64,000 nucleotides of DNA, from positions 6,262,001-6,326,000 of the forward strand of contig CM068757.1 in assembly GCA_035084275.1 (NCBI GenBank). Direction: 5' to 3'. The notes under the pieces were generated by a model, which made no database searches, was not told the DNA's origin, and saw only the letters and a program-made list of their open reading frames with translations. The position numbers and the translations under genes are program-made. Source of the DNA: Hydrolagus colliei. Taxonomy: Eukaryota. Below, one piece after another: positions 25,278 through 38,586 of this stretch (position 1 is the first letter of the stretch; every line of letters begins with the position of its first letter).

Positions 25278-25481
25278 GGCACCTAAATATGCTCAGAGAG
25301 TACACAAAACTGTTTATTTTTTGGTTCAGAAAATAACCGTTTTTAGTTGTAACGCCAGGATAGGGTGTTCAGCAGGGAGCAATAGGCCCCTAAATATGCT
25401 GAGAGAGTACACAAAACAGTTTACAGTATTTTATGGTTTAGAAAATAACCGTTTTTAGTTGTAACGCCAGGATAGGGTGTT
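25263..25481. repeat. Tandem duplication, units of 107 and 112 bp
   Basis: CAGCAGGG(G/A)GCAATAGG...GTAACGCCAGGATAGGGTGTT at 25263-25369 and 25370-25481. Confidence 0.95.
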
Positions 25482-27046
25482 AATCTAATAATTCAATAGA
25501 AACAAGAGCCCTGTACATAATTTTTTTTCTGCCAGGATTGAATAGTTTCTGTGATTTGCTCATTTATACAATATATTGCTTAGATTATTCGAAGGAATTA
25601 GTCACAGTTTTATCTTTGTGGGCTTTTATCGTTTTCTGAGCTTTTCAATGCAAATATGATTTAAATATTGGTTTAGTCCCTTGTATAGTAGAGCACGTCC
25701 CATTGAAAAAACATTTCTTAAAAAAAATTGAGCCCACTCATATTGCAAAAATAGTAAAATGGCTTTAATCTCAAATGTCACAAAGTACAGTACTTCACAA
25801 AGTTTTAGTAAAGTTATAGTGACTTTATGTATAAAACTTGTCCTTGTCTAACAGTTTAGGATTCTTGTGCAGGTTGAAATGAAATGTTTAAAGGTGTGCT
25901 GAGCATGATTCTAAGTTTGGTTTGCACAACAAAAATGAAGTTTAAAAGGAAACGGCACTTTTGTCTCCAAATGATTATAAAAATTCTACTTTGAATTAAA
26001 GTAACAGCTTTGGGATTAATGAAAACAGTAATTTCTTGTCTTTGATTGCAGATGGGTGACTTATGTTTGGATAGTGAGTGTACAAAGTTAATTTACAGTG
26101 GTCTGTCTGACAGAATGGCACAAAACAGTATTTGGAATAATAGAATACTATATCTGCCAAATGCACACACACTTGGAGAGAAAGTCTGAAGCTAAGATCT
26201 ATGGGGTAAGTTATCTGTGAAAGCTGGTTTCTCATCATTGCCCTACTTTTGAGGAGTGGATACACAGCTAAATCCTGACTTGTCAGAAGAATTGGTATCT
26301 TTCCATGTTGGGGAACTGGCAGAGCTCCTCATGCTTTGCTCTGTGACCGTACAAGGCCAGTCCATTGCTTCAGGAATTCAGCATTCTGCAAACTGTAAAC
26401 AGAGCAGCCACTAAAATTGCTTATGTTCAGTTGTGTTTTCTGGATTTTGTTTTAATAGTAAAATAAATCTGGCCTTATTCTGAAGATTGTTTGTGGAAGC
26501 AGTTTTTCTGGGTGTTTGTTCGAGCATGAATATATTAAACCCTCAATTGGGCCAGCTTTATGGGTGGAAATAGATCAATGGCACTTTACCACATCACAGG
26601 CAGTTTCTCCAAGCCATTTCTATTGGTGGCTTTTGCAAGGCTATCTCACACACTGATGCCTGGCATTGATGAATGGGGCCTCGTGCTAAAGCTATTGGGT
26701 TGCCTTTGAGCTCTTCATCTATTATAGTATTGCATTACAAAGCTGCTGTAATACTTAGTCAAACAAAATTGAGAGCGGCTCTTTCTCTGGCTATTACACC
26801 TACTGTTCACAATATTTCTCTACCTTGTTTTCCCATTGAAACTGCTGACTGACATGACTGGCACAGGGTCGGTAAATCATTATCTCAGTCAGTCACGCTT
26901 GACTAATGTGTCATTCATTTTCTTTTATGAAGGTGTATTGTTCTGCAGATGTATTCCCTCTGGCTTTGACTTTGCAAACCGACAACATTTCTGTGCATCT
27001 GTGGAGTTCTGGCCAGTTGAAATGAATTATGGTTTGAAAGTGAAAC

Positions 27047-27449
27047 AAGATCCTGGTCCTCACATTCAAAGCCCTCCATGGCCTCGCCCCACCCTACCTC
27101 TGCGATCTCCCAAACCCCTACCAACCTGCCCAGCCCCTCCGTTCAGCAGGCTCTGGCCTGCTTCATGTCCCCCCAAAACACCCACCCACCAATGGTGAGT
27201 GAGCCTTCAACCACTCTGCCCTAACTTCTGGAACTCCATTCCACAGTCCCTCCACCTCAACCCCTCCCTTGCCTCATTTAGCTCCCGCCTTGACTATCCT
27301 CTTCGACGGTCCTATTGGTCGGTCACCAAATCCTTTCCCTCCACCCTCCCCGTTCCCGACCCCAGCTCGGGTCTGAAACAATGTTGGTCTAGCACCTTGG
27401 GACGTCCTCCTGACGTGAAAGGCACTATACAAGTGTAATTTGTTGTTGT
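27047..27449 (+). mobile_element. L2 LINE 3' end (ORF2 C-terminus, 3' UTR and (TGT)n tail)
   Basis: Encodes KILVLTFKALHGLAPPYLCDL and later FWNSIPQSL; tail CTTGGGACGTCCTCCTGACGTGAAAGGCACTATACAAGTGTAATTTGTTGTTG. Confidence 0.9.
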
Positions 27450-27704
27450 GAACTAACGAACAACATGCGTTTCATTTCCAAATGATAAGCAGTTGGAAAC
27501 CATTTCAGGGCATTTCTGTGGACCACCACATGGTGGTGCACACTCACACAGAAAAGACGACGTATTTATTTCTGCCATCATTTGTTCTCTTAAGAGTTAA
27601 AACTCCCATTAATACAACATAAGCATAATTTTACGATCACCAGTTCATTTCGTGCATCTTGCATTGCTTATGGAGTATTGTAGTGAATAATAAAAAAAAC
27701 TCAA

Positions 27705-27786
27705 CTTGCTTCACAGAATATAATGTAAAGTGAATTTTGATTGTATATTTGTGGGCGAAACCAGCAGCCAATTGCGCACCGGCAAT
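27705..27786 (-). mobile_element. Family-A SINE internal fragment
   Basis: GCTTCACAGAATATAATGTAAAGTGAAT...GCAGCCAATTGCGCAC. Confidence 0.8.
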
Positions 27787-28469
27787 TTGGCTCAATGAGG
27801 ATAGAATATATTGAAATGTAATTCTGCTAGAATTATTGCTAATTCTGTTTTTTTTACTCCTTGCAAATTTGTAGTACAGGGTATTTGGGAGGTGGGGACA
27901 GCAGGTGAAGAATGGTTCCCACTTGGGGAGAGAAGATCATCAGGCAAGTTACCACTCTTGTGTGGTGCCTGACTTATTGACTGGTTACAGACTGGTTCGG
28001 AGCAGATTGCCTCCCTCAGTGACTTCTCCAGTGAACAGTGAATGGAGCCCAAGGAGACATTGATCAACCCCATTTTATCTCTGTGACTTTGTTGTTGTCA
28101 GGTTATGGTGCAAGGAAATGAGAAATGATTGTCAAATTATCAATAATTTGATCTTCCACCACCATTGTGCTTAAAAATTGTGCATTTGTGTGCTTAACGC
28201 AAACCCTTAACTCTTGAACAGTTTTCGGTTTGTAAATAATGAGAGTTTGCTGCCTGACGCTGCAGTTCATGGCCAAACTTAATGAGACAGTTTACAAGTC
28301 AGTGGGGTGATCTCACTTCAGTTTGGGTGTGAGGCTTTTTTGTATATTTACTCTGTGCCGGATGGATTATCCAAATTTCCATCGAGTAATTGTCCAAATA
28401 AATAAAAATGTATACAACCTGGCATTGGATTGACACTTTAGACTATGTTTGTGAATAATAATGTTGCTG

Positions 28470-28624
28470 TTCAGATCCTAGCATGGATCTTAAATCTATA
28501 ACTTTCTGACTCGGAGGAGGTAAGACTGTTGCCAACTGAGCCATGCTAACACAACAACAACAACAACCACAACAACTTTGCTTTATATAGCGCCCTCCAC
28601 GCCGGACAGCATCTCAGAGCACTT
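28470..28624 (-). mobile_element. DeuSINE head fragment abutting an L2-type (CAA)n tail
   Basis: ACTTTCTGACTCGGAGG...CCAACTGAGCCA, then (CAA)n CTTTGCTTTATATAGCGCCCTCCACGCCGGAC, the same tail as at 31991. Confidence 0.65.
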
Positions 28625-30199
28625 GAAAACACACTCAGTCTGAAAACACACTCTAGTAGTACACTTGATGACTTTAGGTGAACAGTCATCATATGATCTT
28701 ATGCTGGTTCTCAACTTGCCGATGTCTGCTGTTACACACTGAATGACCCATTTACATTACAGAAAGGTCCATGCACAGCAGGCTTGATATTTGAAATGCA
28801 GTCTGAAAACACAGATCTCAGCATTTCTGCCTTAGAGGGCATCATGATGTCATTGTTTCACTTTGCAATTAACTACTTTATTTAAAATATATACATTTTA
28901 GTTTCTATCATTGTTGCGATTTGCTAATCCTTGTATACTCCCTGCCCTCATCCCCAACATTTACTGCAGAGGGGGATTTTGCCCGTTTATATAAAAAAGT
29001 AGCACACTTATTCAAACCCTAATAAAAATGGGTTATATGACCATTGCTAAAATATCGTTGCCTTTGTGCATCTTCAATGTTTATTTCAGCCTCATGTGTA
29101 TGAAATGAGAATTGCTTTATTTGATCCATTTCCTCTTGTGATTTTTTTTGTCTGGGCATTGCTGATAAATACTGAGTGGGAGCTGTTGGTGTCTGAGAGC
29201 TTTTCATACATTCCGCTGTTGGTAGTTGCCCCTGCATTGTGTCAAGTAGAGTAGCTGGTGGATATGGTTGGAATGTATAGTAATGAGCGGTTCACAAGAA
29301 CTGATATATTTGACAGTTACAGGTTATGAGCCAAGCGCTGAAGAGAAAATAATCTGGATACCTCTTTGAGTTGTAATCATATAATTTTAAGCTCATAAAC
29401 TAGACATTTGGCTCATCATGTTTGATAGTTTAAAAATTGACCATTGGTAAAATCATTTTTTCTTCCCTTACTATCAATCGTTCATTCAACCTCTGCTTGT
29501 GGAGCAAGCTTTAAACTTAGCTTAAATAGCTGAACAGGAACACGTTTGCCAGTTCCAACACAGTGCATTGGATTTAAGAAAACAATGTGCATTTTAGCTT
29601 TATGGGAATGATGTAATGTATATGGAATCTTTATCCAATGGTTGTAGATCTACATGTGTTTAAATATGTAAAACTAGTTGAAAGATCCGTGTAGAATATA
29701 TATAAGGAACTCTAGGATAGAGTGCACTGCTCCTGTTAAGTAGAGTGACTTGGGTCACTGCTCAGTTTGAATGGAATGGAATTTAGCAAATTCTTGCGAG
29801 TACCCAATTTGAGAGGGTCAGTGAGATGTGTGTTGACCCAGACCAGGAATGATTTCCATTTGCAAACTCACACTCCCATTATCTTCAGTGGTGTGGAACA
29901 GTTCCAATTGAGGCGCCTTCATAATGAAATTTAGCAACCAATAACATTTCCTGTTCCCAAAATACTTTTGAAATATAATTGAGGGAGGAGAGAAACCTTG
30001 GACAGTTTTGTTTACATGAGTTGATAATGTCCAAAATGTTAATTAGCATCCGCAAGATTGACACTGGTTTTGTTTCCAATTGAATGCCACACCCAAATTC
30101 CTAACATTCACTTTCTCTTTCAGATACAGTACTTTCTGTGTTTATTTCCAATTTCCAGAAAAATATGGCTACAAGTGCTATCGAAAAGATTGGTCAAAG

Positions 30200-30410
30200 C
30201 AGGGAGAGGAGGAAGGAAGAGGGATGGAGTTCCAAAGCGTTAGGCAGAATGGTTAAAAGCTCAACCAACGATAATGAGGCAGATTGAGTGGAGAACATGA
30301 AGCAGGCTTTAAGATGTTGAAGCGGTGTTGAGGTAGGGTAACAGGAGATTACAGGGGTATGTGGGGCAAGTCCGTGGAGAGATTTGAAAGTGAGGATAAG
30401 GATCTTGAAT
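30200..30410 (-). mobile_element. L2 ORF2 3' remnant
   Basis: GGAGTTCCAAAG (WNS antisense) and CCGTGGAGAGATTTGAAAGTGAGGATAAGGATCTTGAA (FKILILTFKSLHG antisense). Confidence 0.8.
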
Positions 30411-30469
30411 AATTATTTCAGGAGTGCCTGCTTTCAAATGCATAATAGTTTTCTTCTTGATTGAATTAT

Positions 30470-30527
30470 GCGCTCTGGGACGCTACCCTGCGTGAGGGGC
30501 GCTATATAAATAAAAGTAGTTGTTATT
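30470..30527 (+). mobile_element. L2-type 3' tail
   Basis: GCGCTCTGGGACGCTACCCTGCGTGAGGGGCGCTATATAAATAAAAGTAGTTGTT, the reverse of the 24153 tail type. Confidence 0.7.
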
Positions 30528-31522
30528 TGGAGGGCATAATTTCTAAATGGCCTCCTTTTTATTTAATAATTTTTCATTTTATGGTAGCTCCCAAATTTTA
30601 GTTTTGACTGTTATGACAGGTAACCTATTTGCTTCAATAATTAGTTTCTTTTAAAACACACATTTTCTTATGAAATGCTTATCTAAACATTCCAGAATTC
30701 TTAATGAATGCTTTCCTTTTATGTTATTAAGAAGTGCTGAATGGAGCACTGTTTCACCAAGCCTACAAGGCCACTTCAAGCATCCCGTTTTGTAATGATC
30801 TTTTATACATTGAATAAGGAGGGGCAGGGAACGATTTTATTTTATGTGTAAGTCATGTGGTATGCATTGTATCTCACATATTCCCAGGAAATACTTATCT
30901 TTAGCTTTGAAACAAAATACTTTACAGGCAGCAATTGTATTCAGTTTGTGTGATACTTTGTAGTCAAGTCAGTTTAAGAATGGTTAAAAGTTGCTCTTTT
31001 TCATAAAGTGCGTAGGTACATATATCTTCATCACAAATAATACCTACTGTAACCTGGGAAAAATTAACTATTACACCTGTACAATTTGAGATCACTGTGT
31101 TATGAGTTTTGTTTTGTAAAGAATGTAGCTTTGTCCATAAAAACAAAATTTCCAGTTTGAATTTTAAATGCTTAGAGGTGTCTTGTTTTAAGGGATTATA
31201 TGTGGGGCTACAATAATTTGAGACTGTGTGAAGGAAACTAATTTTATAAAGCAGTAACAATAGTTGATCTTATTGTCTTTTGCACATACAATATTGTGGG
31301 AAGCTGCTGTCACTTGGACTATTTGTTGGCAGTGTGTATGTTCAGGTTATTTATTGAGGATCGCAAATCAAAATAACTGCTAATTCTGCTTTGCGTAAAA
31401 AGAAGGGGCAGTCAAGGTGTGTGTTTTCATCTTCCCCCAAATCCTGGGGGGTTTTCTGTAAAATAAGCTCCACCTTCTACTAGGAGCAGCTATGGTGTTC
31501 ATCAGTTCTGCTCATTTTGCTG

Positions 31523-31843
31523 ATAATAATAATCCTTGCATTTGATATAGTGCTTTTCACATCTTCCAGACGTCTCAATTATAATAATAATAAAAGCACT
31601 TCAGGTTAAAGTGCTTTACAGAATGTACTATAAAGTGAATTGATGTATATTTGTGGGCGAAACGCAGCAGCCAATTGCACACAGCAGTCGTGGATTGAAA
31701 TGACCAATCCTATTTTTTTTGGAGAGATTATCAGGCGTGTGGAGTAAGGAAACTTGCCCAAGGTTTTGCCCTGACCTGCCTGAATTGAACCCAGATCTCT
31801 CACTTATAAGGCGAGTGCTCTAACCACTGAGCTATAGGACACC
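31523..31843 (-). mobile_element. Family-A tRNA-derived SINE, full length
   Basis: Minus strand starts GGTGTCCTATAGCTCAGTGGTTAGAGCACTCGCCTTATAAGTGAGAGATCTGGGTTCAATTC (A box, anticodon-like arm, B box) and ends in (ATT)n. Confidence 0.92.
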
Positions 31844-31990
31844 TCCGCCTCACCCACCCCACTTCCTGGCTATAACCCACACCCCTTCCCTGGCTATAAC
31901 ATCCCCCAACCCCTCTTATAGATTGCAGTCACATGATTGGTGTGCAGCGTGCTGAAAGTTAAAGGGATTTGATAGCTAAGACAAAGATAA

Positions 31991-32281
31991 GCAACAACAA
32001 CAACTTCATTTTATATAGTGCCTTCCACGCCGGACGGTGTCTCAGAGCACCGGATCCCAGGCCCGAGCCACTGGGAGGGGGAAAAAGGTGACCGAAAGCA
32101 TGGGCGAGAAGAAAGGTCTTCAGCTGAGTCCTGAAACTAGGAAGAGAGGGGGCAAGGCGAAGGGAGTGAGGAAGGGAGTTCCAGAGTTTGGGGGTGTAGT
32201 GTCTGAAGGCACGGCCGCCGATAGTGGAGCGGAGGATTCGGGGGACAAGGAGAAGACCAGAACCGGAGGAGCACTGAGGGG
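31991..32281 (-). mobile_element. L2 LINE 3' end
   Basis: (CAA)n tail; GGAGTTCCAGAGTTTGGG...GAAGGCACGGCCGCCGAT reads antisense IGGRAF...PKLWNSLP. Confidence 0.88.
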
Positions 32282-33119
32282 TGTTGATATTGCAGGCAAA
32301 CTGGTGTGGATAATCATAGCAAATAAAACCTTTATTTTAATTTTAATGTATGTCAACTATAATCTGTTGATCAGTGTCTGTCATTTTAACCTGTGCCCAA
32401 AGTTTTTTTTTTCTTTTTAAAAAAAAAGTAATCAAATTGAGCTACTCATTGAATTGTTACCATTAATGCCTTTTCATTTGGCATTGGCGGTAGTAGAATT
32501 ACTAAAACTGCTAAATTAAATTTACTCACATTGATCAAAATTGATCATTTCAATCCAGAGAAAGCTGTAACAGCACACTTTGATATAACTTTGTATCGCT
32601 TACAACGTTGGTCTACATAAAAATTCAAGTTGTGAAAAGGAAATGAATGGCAGTGCATTTCTTAGGGTGAATAATCTATTGGCCAATTAAACCTTTCTGT
32701 TTGGCTGGTCTTCTTTCCAAGTGGATGATTGATTTGATCTATGCACTGAACCCAAAGGTTTCATGAATTATCTATTCCTGAGGTAAACCATGAATCTTTT
32801 TTGTGAAATCACAGCCCTGAAGCAAAATGTCGAGTCATTGGGAGGAATACCTCAAATACTTTTAGGCAAACAGCTAACATTTTTCAGATAAAAGTTAGAA
32901 AGGTGGATTAAGGTTATCCTGTTATTTCATGTACGAGCTTCACAAAATTCAACATCAAATGACCTTAAATTGTTGGAGCTGTAGAATTTCAAATTTCACA
33001 AAAGCTTGGGAGAATTTTTTATGAGCAGAAACAGCATTGAGCTTAACTTCAGTCTGCAATTCAGTTGTTTTTATTTCAAAAGACCTCAAAAATGCATTTT
33101 GCTAGACTTCGGTTACACT

Positions 33120-33400
33120 TTTATTGGTAGAAACATAGGACTGGAAAATAACCAAATGAGAGTCAAATACTATCTCCAATCAGCACACATGTTTCCATTT
33201 CCCGCGCTTTCTCATCACCACCTCCAATTGATGTCCATTCTACTAGTTTCCCTCTTGCAAATCATATTCCATTAACTTCATGAGCAAAATGTGCAACCGC
33301 CAATTTGTTGAGAAAACTTCCGTCTTGACTTATTTAAGGTAGTTCAATCTATCTTTCCATCCATTCCTCCTGAAGACCTCTTAATCAATTAAAATGGTGT
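33120..33400 (-). mobile_element. Highly decayed CR1 3' end
   Basis: AGAAACATAGGA tail start followed by decayed CR1-like sequence. Confidence 0.35.
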
Positions 33401-35334
33401 TTGCTTGCCCATACCTATTAGGACGCAATGTTTTCAGGAATATCACCCATCAGTTTTCTTTAATATGGTTCTTTAACAAGTTTCAAATATTTCCTGATAG
33501 GTACCCTGCATACCTGTTGTTGTTATCGTACTCCGTTCTAATTATTCACATTGTATTAAGATGTCAACAGAAGCAACATTATGAATAGCAGCTGAATAAA
33601 CTACCCTCCAGTCTGCATAATCCATTCAGTGTCCTGTGCTCGACAAATGAATGGAATGTTAGTGGCTTTGAGAATGTAACAAACCTTTGTGAAGAGCAGT
33701 CTTTACCTAGTGAATGTGGTAAGTACCTAACACAGAGACTGTTTCGCAGTGCAGCTGAGGTAGATATTCTAATCTGCCCAACCCTTCAGAAGGATAGTTT
33801 GATGATTTGCTAGTATAAATATTAATTACCCTTGATTTGTAGACCTGAGTGTTCATAATGTCTGTAAAAACATAGGCAGGGCAGGCCAGATCATAGGATT
33901 ACAGCATATCAGTAGACATTATATGTGTTTATGTGTTGTTTGTTTGTTATGGTTTTCTACATGTCTTTACCCTTTTCAGGTCCTTTAGAAATCACTTCAG
34001 TTGTATATCTGCCAAGTTCCATTCATGAGTTTATATTCTATGCAAGTTTGACATAACTCTTACTTTGCATAAGCCATATTAAATGTATGGTCCCAAGTGA
34101 TTCAACTTAGATGAGGTTTACTGTATGTCTGCTATCCATCGAGCATATTTGATTTTGAGTAACTAGCATTTTTGTCATTCAGTTGCAGTTCAGTTAAATC
34201 AATTTGTTTATTCGTTCTCCTCTCGAATATTTGCAGAGCGACCTCATGGATGTGACGTAATCTGTGTGCTGCTCTTCTGGTATGAGTGATTTGTTTCAGG
34301 TTTTGATGATCAGTATGTCCTTGACCAGGCCTTTTGTGCTCGCCACCTGGCAAATTCTGATTTAAATCAAAGGCAGCTTCTTTCTCCTCCAGCAGACACG
34401 TATGCAGTTTTTTTTTCTTATTTCCAATGACAGTACCTATTAATCAGAGGTTAATGCATCATTTTGGATGCCGTGTTTTTATCACAATGTGGCATGCTGT
34501 CTAAATGAATAGTGACTTCATTTTGTACAATGGACGAAGCTGGAATGGACTATTTTATTTTTGTGAGAAACTTTGGTAAGTGCACAACGGCAGAGTGGCG
34601 CCAAGGTTGAACCTAATAAGAGGCAAGACTAGGTGAATCTAGTGACCTGCATTGTTCAGGTTAGCAAGTATGAGAGAGGGAAGGGGAGAATGGGAAACCG
34701 GGTACCCTGAGTTGTCACTTTCTGCTTCACCTGTATTGAATTTTCGTAGGTATAATTCTACTCATTGGAATAGATGAGATGGGCTATGAATAATAAGGAG
34801 GGATGTGGTGAATGACAAGCCAGGAAGATTTCTGGCACCCTAATAGTAACTAGTGTTTTTTGAAGTTAATATGATTGAAAAGGTTACAGTGTTGGATTGC
34901 CTACTGGCATTCCCTTCAAAGACTAGACAGTTTGTGTTCTGTGACGCCGTTTGTTCTTAGTGCACAGAGCACCACTGTCCAACCAAGATTTTTGTGTTGT
35001 GGAAATGGAATACAGATCGTTTCATCAGAAGAATTATCAAATTAGGATTATTCTGTCATATTCTGAGGCACATGACGAATGAACAGATCATCTGTATTCG
35101 ATGACCTTCAAATAAATTGAGTTAGTGATTGTCAATCATGGCATTTTATTACATTGTGTATTATGGACAGTTTAGAAAAATACTTGCTCTGGAGTAATAA
35201 AGTATTAATGATAGAGCTCGAGAGCATTACTTGAGTTTAGCATTGGTGAGGATCATAGGGGTGTAGGGATAGGAAAAAGAATTATCATCCTCCTAGCTCG
35301 TTTTAAAGAATTTATTTTTTCAATTTGGGGGAGA

Positions 35335-35595
35335 TAATCCCACTTTCTTCTCCTTCTCCCGCTCCTCTGGCATTTCACTCTGAGGTGGTCAATGTGAGGT
35401 GCCTGTGGGCTGGATGATGATTATTGGGCAGTTTTACTGCTGTGAGCTAATGGGGGAGACTCCTACGAATTGCCTGATCTCTTGCCATTAAATTTACTGC
35501 TGGAATTATACTTGCTTTGGAGCAACGCCTCCTCACCAGACCAAACCACAAGGTTGGAAACCTGGGTGGTGCTAAAGCTAATTTAATTCAGTAAA
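35335..35595 (-). mobile_element. Ancient SINE fragment (family B)
   Basis: Decayed similarity to 46850-47045 and 15170-15450. Confidence 0.35.
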
Positions 35596-36194
35596 TGGTG
35601 CTCTATGCAGTAACTTTTTAATGACCACCTTAAGACATGCAATACTGTACACAGTTCAATGTTCTAGACAGTTGTTAACCAAAGTCATTGAAGCTCGATG
35701 TATGTCCTTTAGTTTGTCCTTGTGTTCTCTAATGGCCAGGTTTTCTTAAAGTCAAGGAAAGTGATTTTGGAAAAGGCTAAAATGCTCAAAGGAAGAGTAA
35801 CTATGAAAACACAATTTAGACTATGCTGCATGCAACACCTTAACCTCCTTTGTTTGGTACTCAGGTAGTTACAGGCATCATTATACATGTATCATTGCAT
35901 TCTTATGATTTCTTTATTTTCAGGCAGGTGCTTCAAGGCCAGTGTGTCTAATTTAACATCACTTTAAGTACCATTTAGCATAAGATTTTCTTTCGATGCA
36001 GTGTTCCTGTGTGATGTTTGTTCAAACATTAAAGTTCATTAAAATACTTTATGACTCACAGGAAGTGTTCCAAATACACAATCCTTTAACTCTGCGATCT
36101 TCATTTGATTGTTTATAGATTGCTTGTGATATTTGGGCTTTCAATATGTTGTGAAGAGGGTGAACTGTTTTGCTTCACACATTATAATGGCACA

Positions 36195-36232
36195 GGCACG
36201 ATGGGCTGAATGGCCTCCTGTGCTGGCAAGAT
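36195..36232 (+). mobile_element. CR1-type 3' tail
   Basis: GCACGATGGGCTGAATGGCCTCCTGTGCTG, the typical shark CR1/HE1-type terminal motif. Confidence 0.7.
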
Positions 36233-36691
36233 TCCATGTGTGAGTGTTCTGGTCCATCGATCCAAATTTTGTTGGTTGTCCAAACCCATTGCTTCTCCCA
36301 ATATACATTGCAGCTAAAATCGTTGGACATGGTACATCTAGTACTCTGTAAATTATAAAACTGCCCGTGGCAGAAAAATAATAGCTATGTAACTTAAAAA
36401 CATTGCATTCCACGAGTCTCTCAGGGGAAGGAATTATGCTAAGTGCCCAATAATGAAGTACAATTTTAGGTTGGCAAAAGTTCATGTAAACTTGAGGGTC
36501 TTTATATTTATAGATGCTAATCTGGGATTGATGTGCTTGTCAATACTTATTCAGCAAACATTCTATGTGTACAGGAAGGCTAAGGAATGTGAAGTCGGAA
36601 GCGAAGACGTTTTACCCACTTCGCATACCTGCTAGCAACTGTTCATTGTTGTTAGTTTGGATCCGTTTGAACATCACGGGTAAAGATCATG

Positions 36692-37010
36692 CTCGAATTT
36701 AGAATTCTTGCCCTCACTTTCAAGGCCCTCCATAGCCTTGCCTGCTCCTACCTCTCTCAACTGCTGATCCCCTATCAACCTGTCCGCTTCCTCAGTTCAG
36801 CATGCTCCGGCCTTCTCCATGTCTCCCACTCGACCCACTTACCATCGGCGACTGGGCATTCAGCCTCTCTACCCCTACGCTTTGGAAGTCCATCCCACAA
36901 TCACTTCGCCTTGCTGCCTCCCTTGCCTCCTCTTCAGCTGTGCCTTCAGTCGCCTTTCTAACTGTCTGCCCTCCCTCACCCCAATGCTGCCCCCCAACCC
37001 CCATTGGCAC
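36692..37010 (+). mobile_element. L2 LINE ORF2 C-terminus remnant (frameshifted)
   Basis: LEFRILALTFKALHSLACSYLSQLL..YQPVRFLSS, then in another frame TIGDWAFSLSTPTLWKSIPQSLRLA. Confidence 0.9.
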
Positions 37011-38586
37011 ACATAGCTGTCCACATTATCATGTTCTTCTGAAGCCAACGACCCACAAGTACATTCCAACATCTGTGATTGAGATAAACATTATCTTCTG
37101 CTGATCTTTCAGAAGTGAGTGCCATATAAAAAATATTCACTCCTTCGTTGGGAAATGTCATGTACCTCCCCCTCCTCCACCGCCCCCCCCGCCCCCACCC
37201 CCACGCACACACATTGATGACAATAATCGTGCTTGTTTAATGAAAATCAACTGAGAGGTTCAACTTATTCCCCCGTCCACCAGGATGTTCTGAGATCTTG
37301 GCCTTCAACGGCAATTGCCGTCAGAAAATATTTTCAGGCTGTAGCAGCCACTAAGACATTGGAGGCATTGAGAATTCTCAGACTTCCATTACTGGCAAGG
37401 TGTTTTTTCTGTTTGCTTTCTTAAGTGGTCTCGCTGGTTCTTTCTTGAGATTTACGCAGCTCTGTCACGTTTGGTAGAACAGTCATCTTGAAGTGAAAGG
37501 GGGTGGAAACATTCAAGCTGCCTGAATTTAAAACCCTGAAATGAGCAAAACCACAGCACAAGAATACATTGATAGAGATGTCTGTATGACTGTTTTAAAA
37601 ATATGTTCTGTTGATCATCATTGAATGCAAATTTCACTTAGCTAGATTCCATGACGTTCCATGTGTTTCCCGTTGCCGAAGATGCAAATTTACTGCTTTG
37701 GATTTTGCATTGCTACAACAGAATTAATATCATGCCAAAAACAGGTTTTCAGTTGCAAGCATTTTGCGAAACAGCACAAACACAATGCAGCTGATGTCCT
37801 CCTTCTCTGTAAACTGGTTGCGATGCACAGAAGTTTGAATTGAGCAGAATTCCAGTGAGACAGCTGCACATCATCCTGTTGAAAATTTTGCAAAACACTG
37901 CCGCATCAACATATTTTCTTTGAGGCTGGAGAAGAGGGGAGATAACTGGCTTTGAGGAGCCACCACTTGCAAAATTAGTCATGCCCAGTTACAGCAGCGT
38001 TATCCAAGGCAGATTTGGGAATGTAGGCATACCTGCAAGGCCCAGCTTTGAAAGGTAGCAATGTTGAGAGTTTCTTCGAGGGCAGGGGAAAGGTGGATGT
38101 AACGTTTGTACTGTATCGTGAGAGTACAGAATTTCATTTTTGCTGAAGTAACAGCCTACATTGAAACAATGGAAAACATTTTATAGCTCTATTTGAGCAA
38201 AGGCCAAAAAAAATGACTTCAGTGCTGTCCTTGTGGGATTTTTCTCACTTCCGCCTCTTCATTGTTTTTGTTTTGACAGTCTTAACATTTGACCAAAGGG
38301 TTGGGCGGTGCCTTCAAGTTGGATGTAAAATCAGTCCAAGTTAATTGCTGTCCTCCACCTCTTGAGATTGAGGTCTTGGGAAAAGAGGTGACAAGCCTCT
38401 TGCACAAGAGTTTTGGGTTGATTACAAGCAAACAAAAACCACTTGCAATTTGTGGGAATCTCATTCTGTTTACTATGGTTGACAATGATGACCATTTATA
38501 TGATTATGGAAAGATTTTTGTTCTGTTTTGCAAAAGTCTGCCTTATGAAGTTTTGAAAACACATTTTGTGGTGGCACAAGTACGGT

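Noticed and set aside
31775-31843. Possible tRNA gene
   Set aside because: It has A/B boxes but no proper acceptor stem, the anticodon loop varies between copies, and it is continuous with a SINE body.
36689-37104. ORFs with real protein similarity
   Set aside because: A frameshifted L2 ORF2 remnant, not a host gene.
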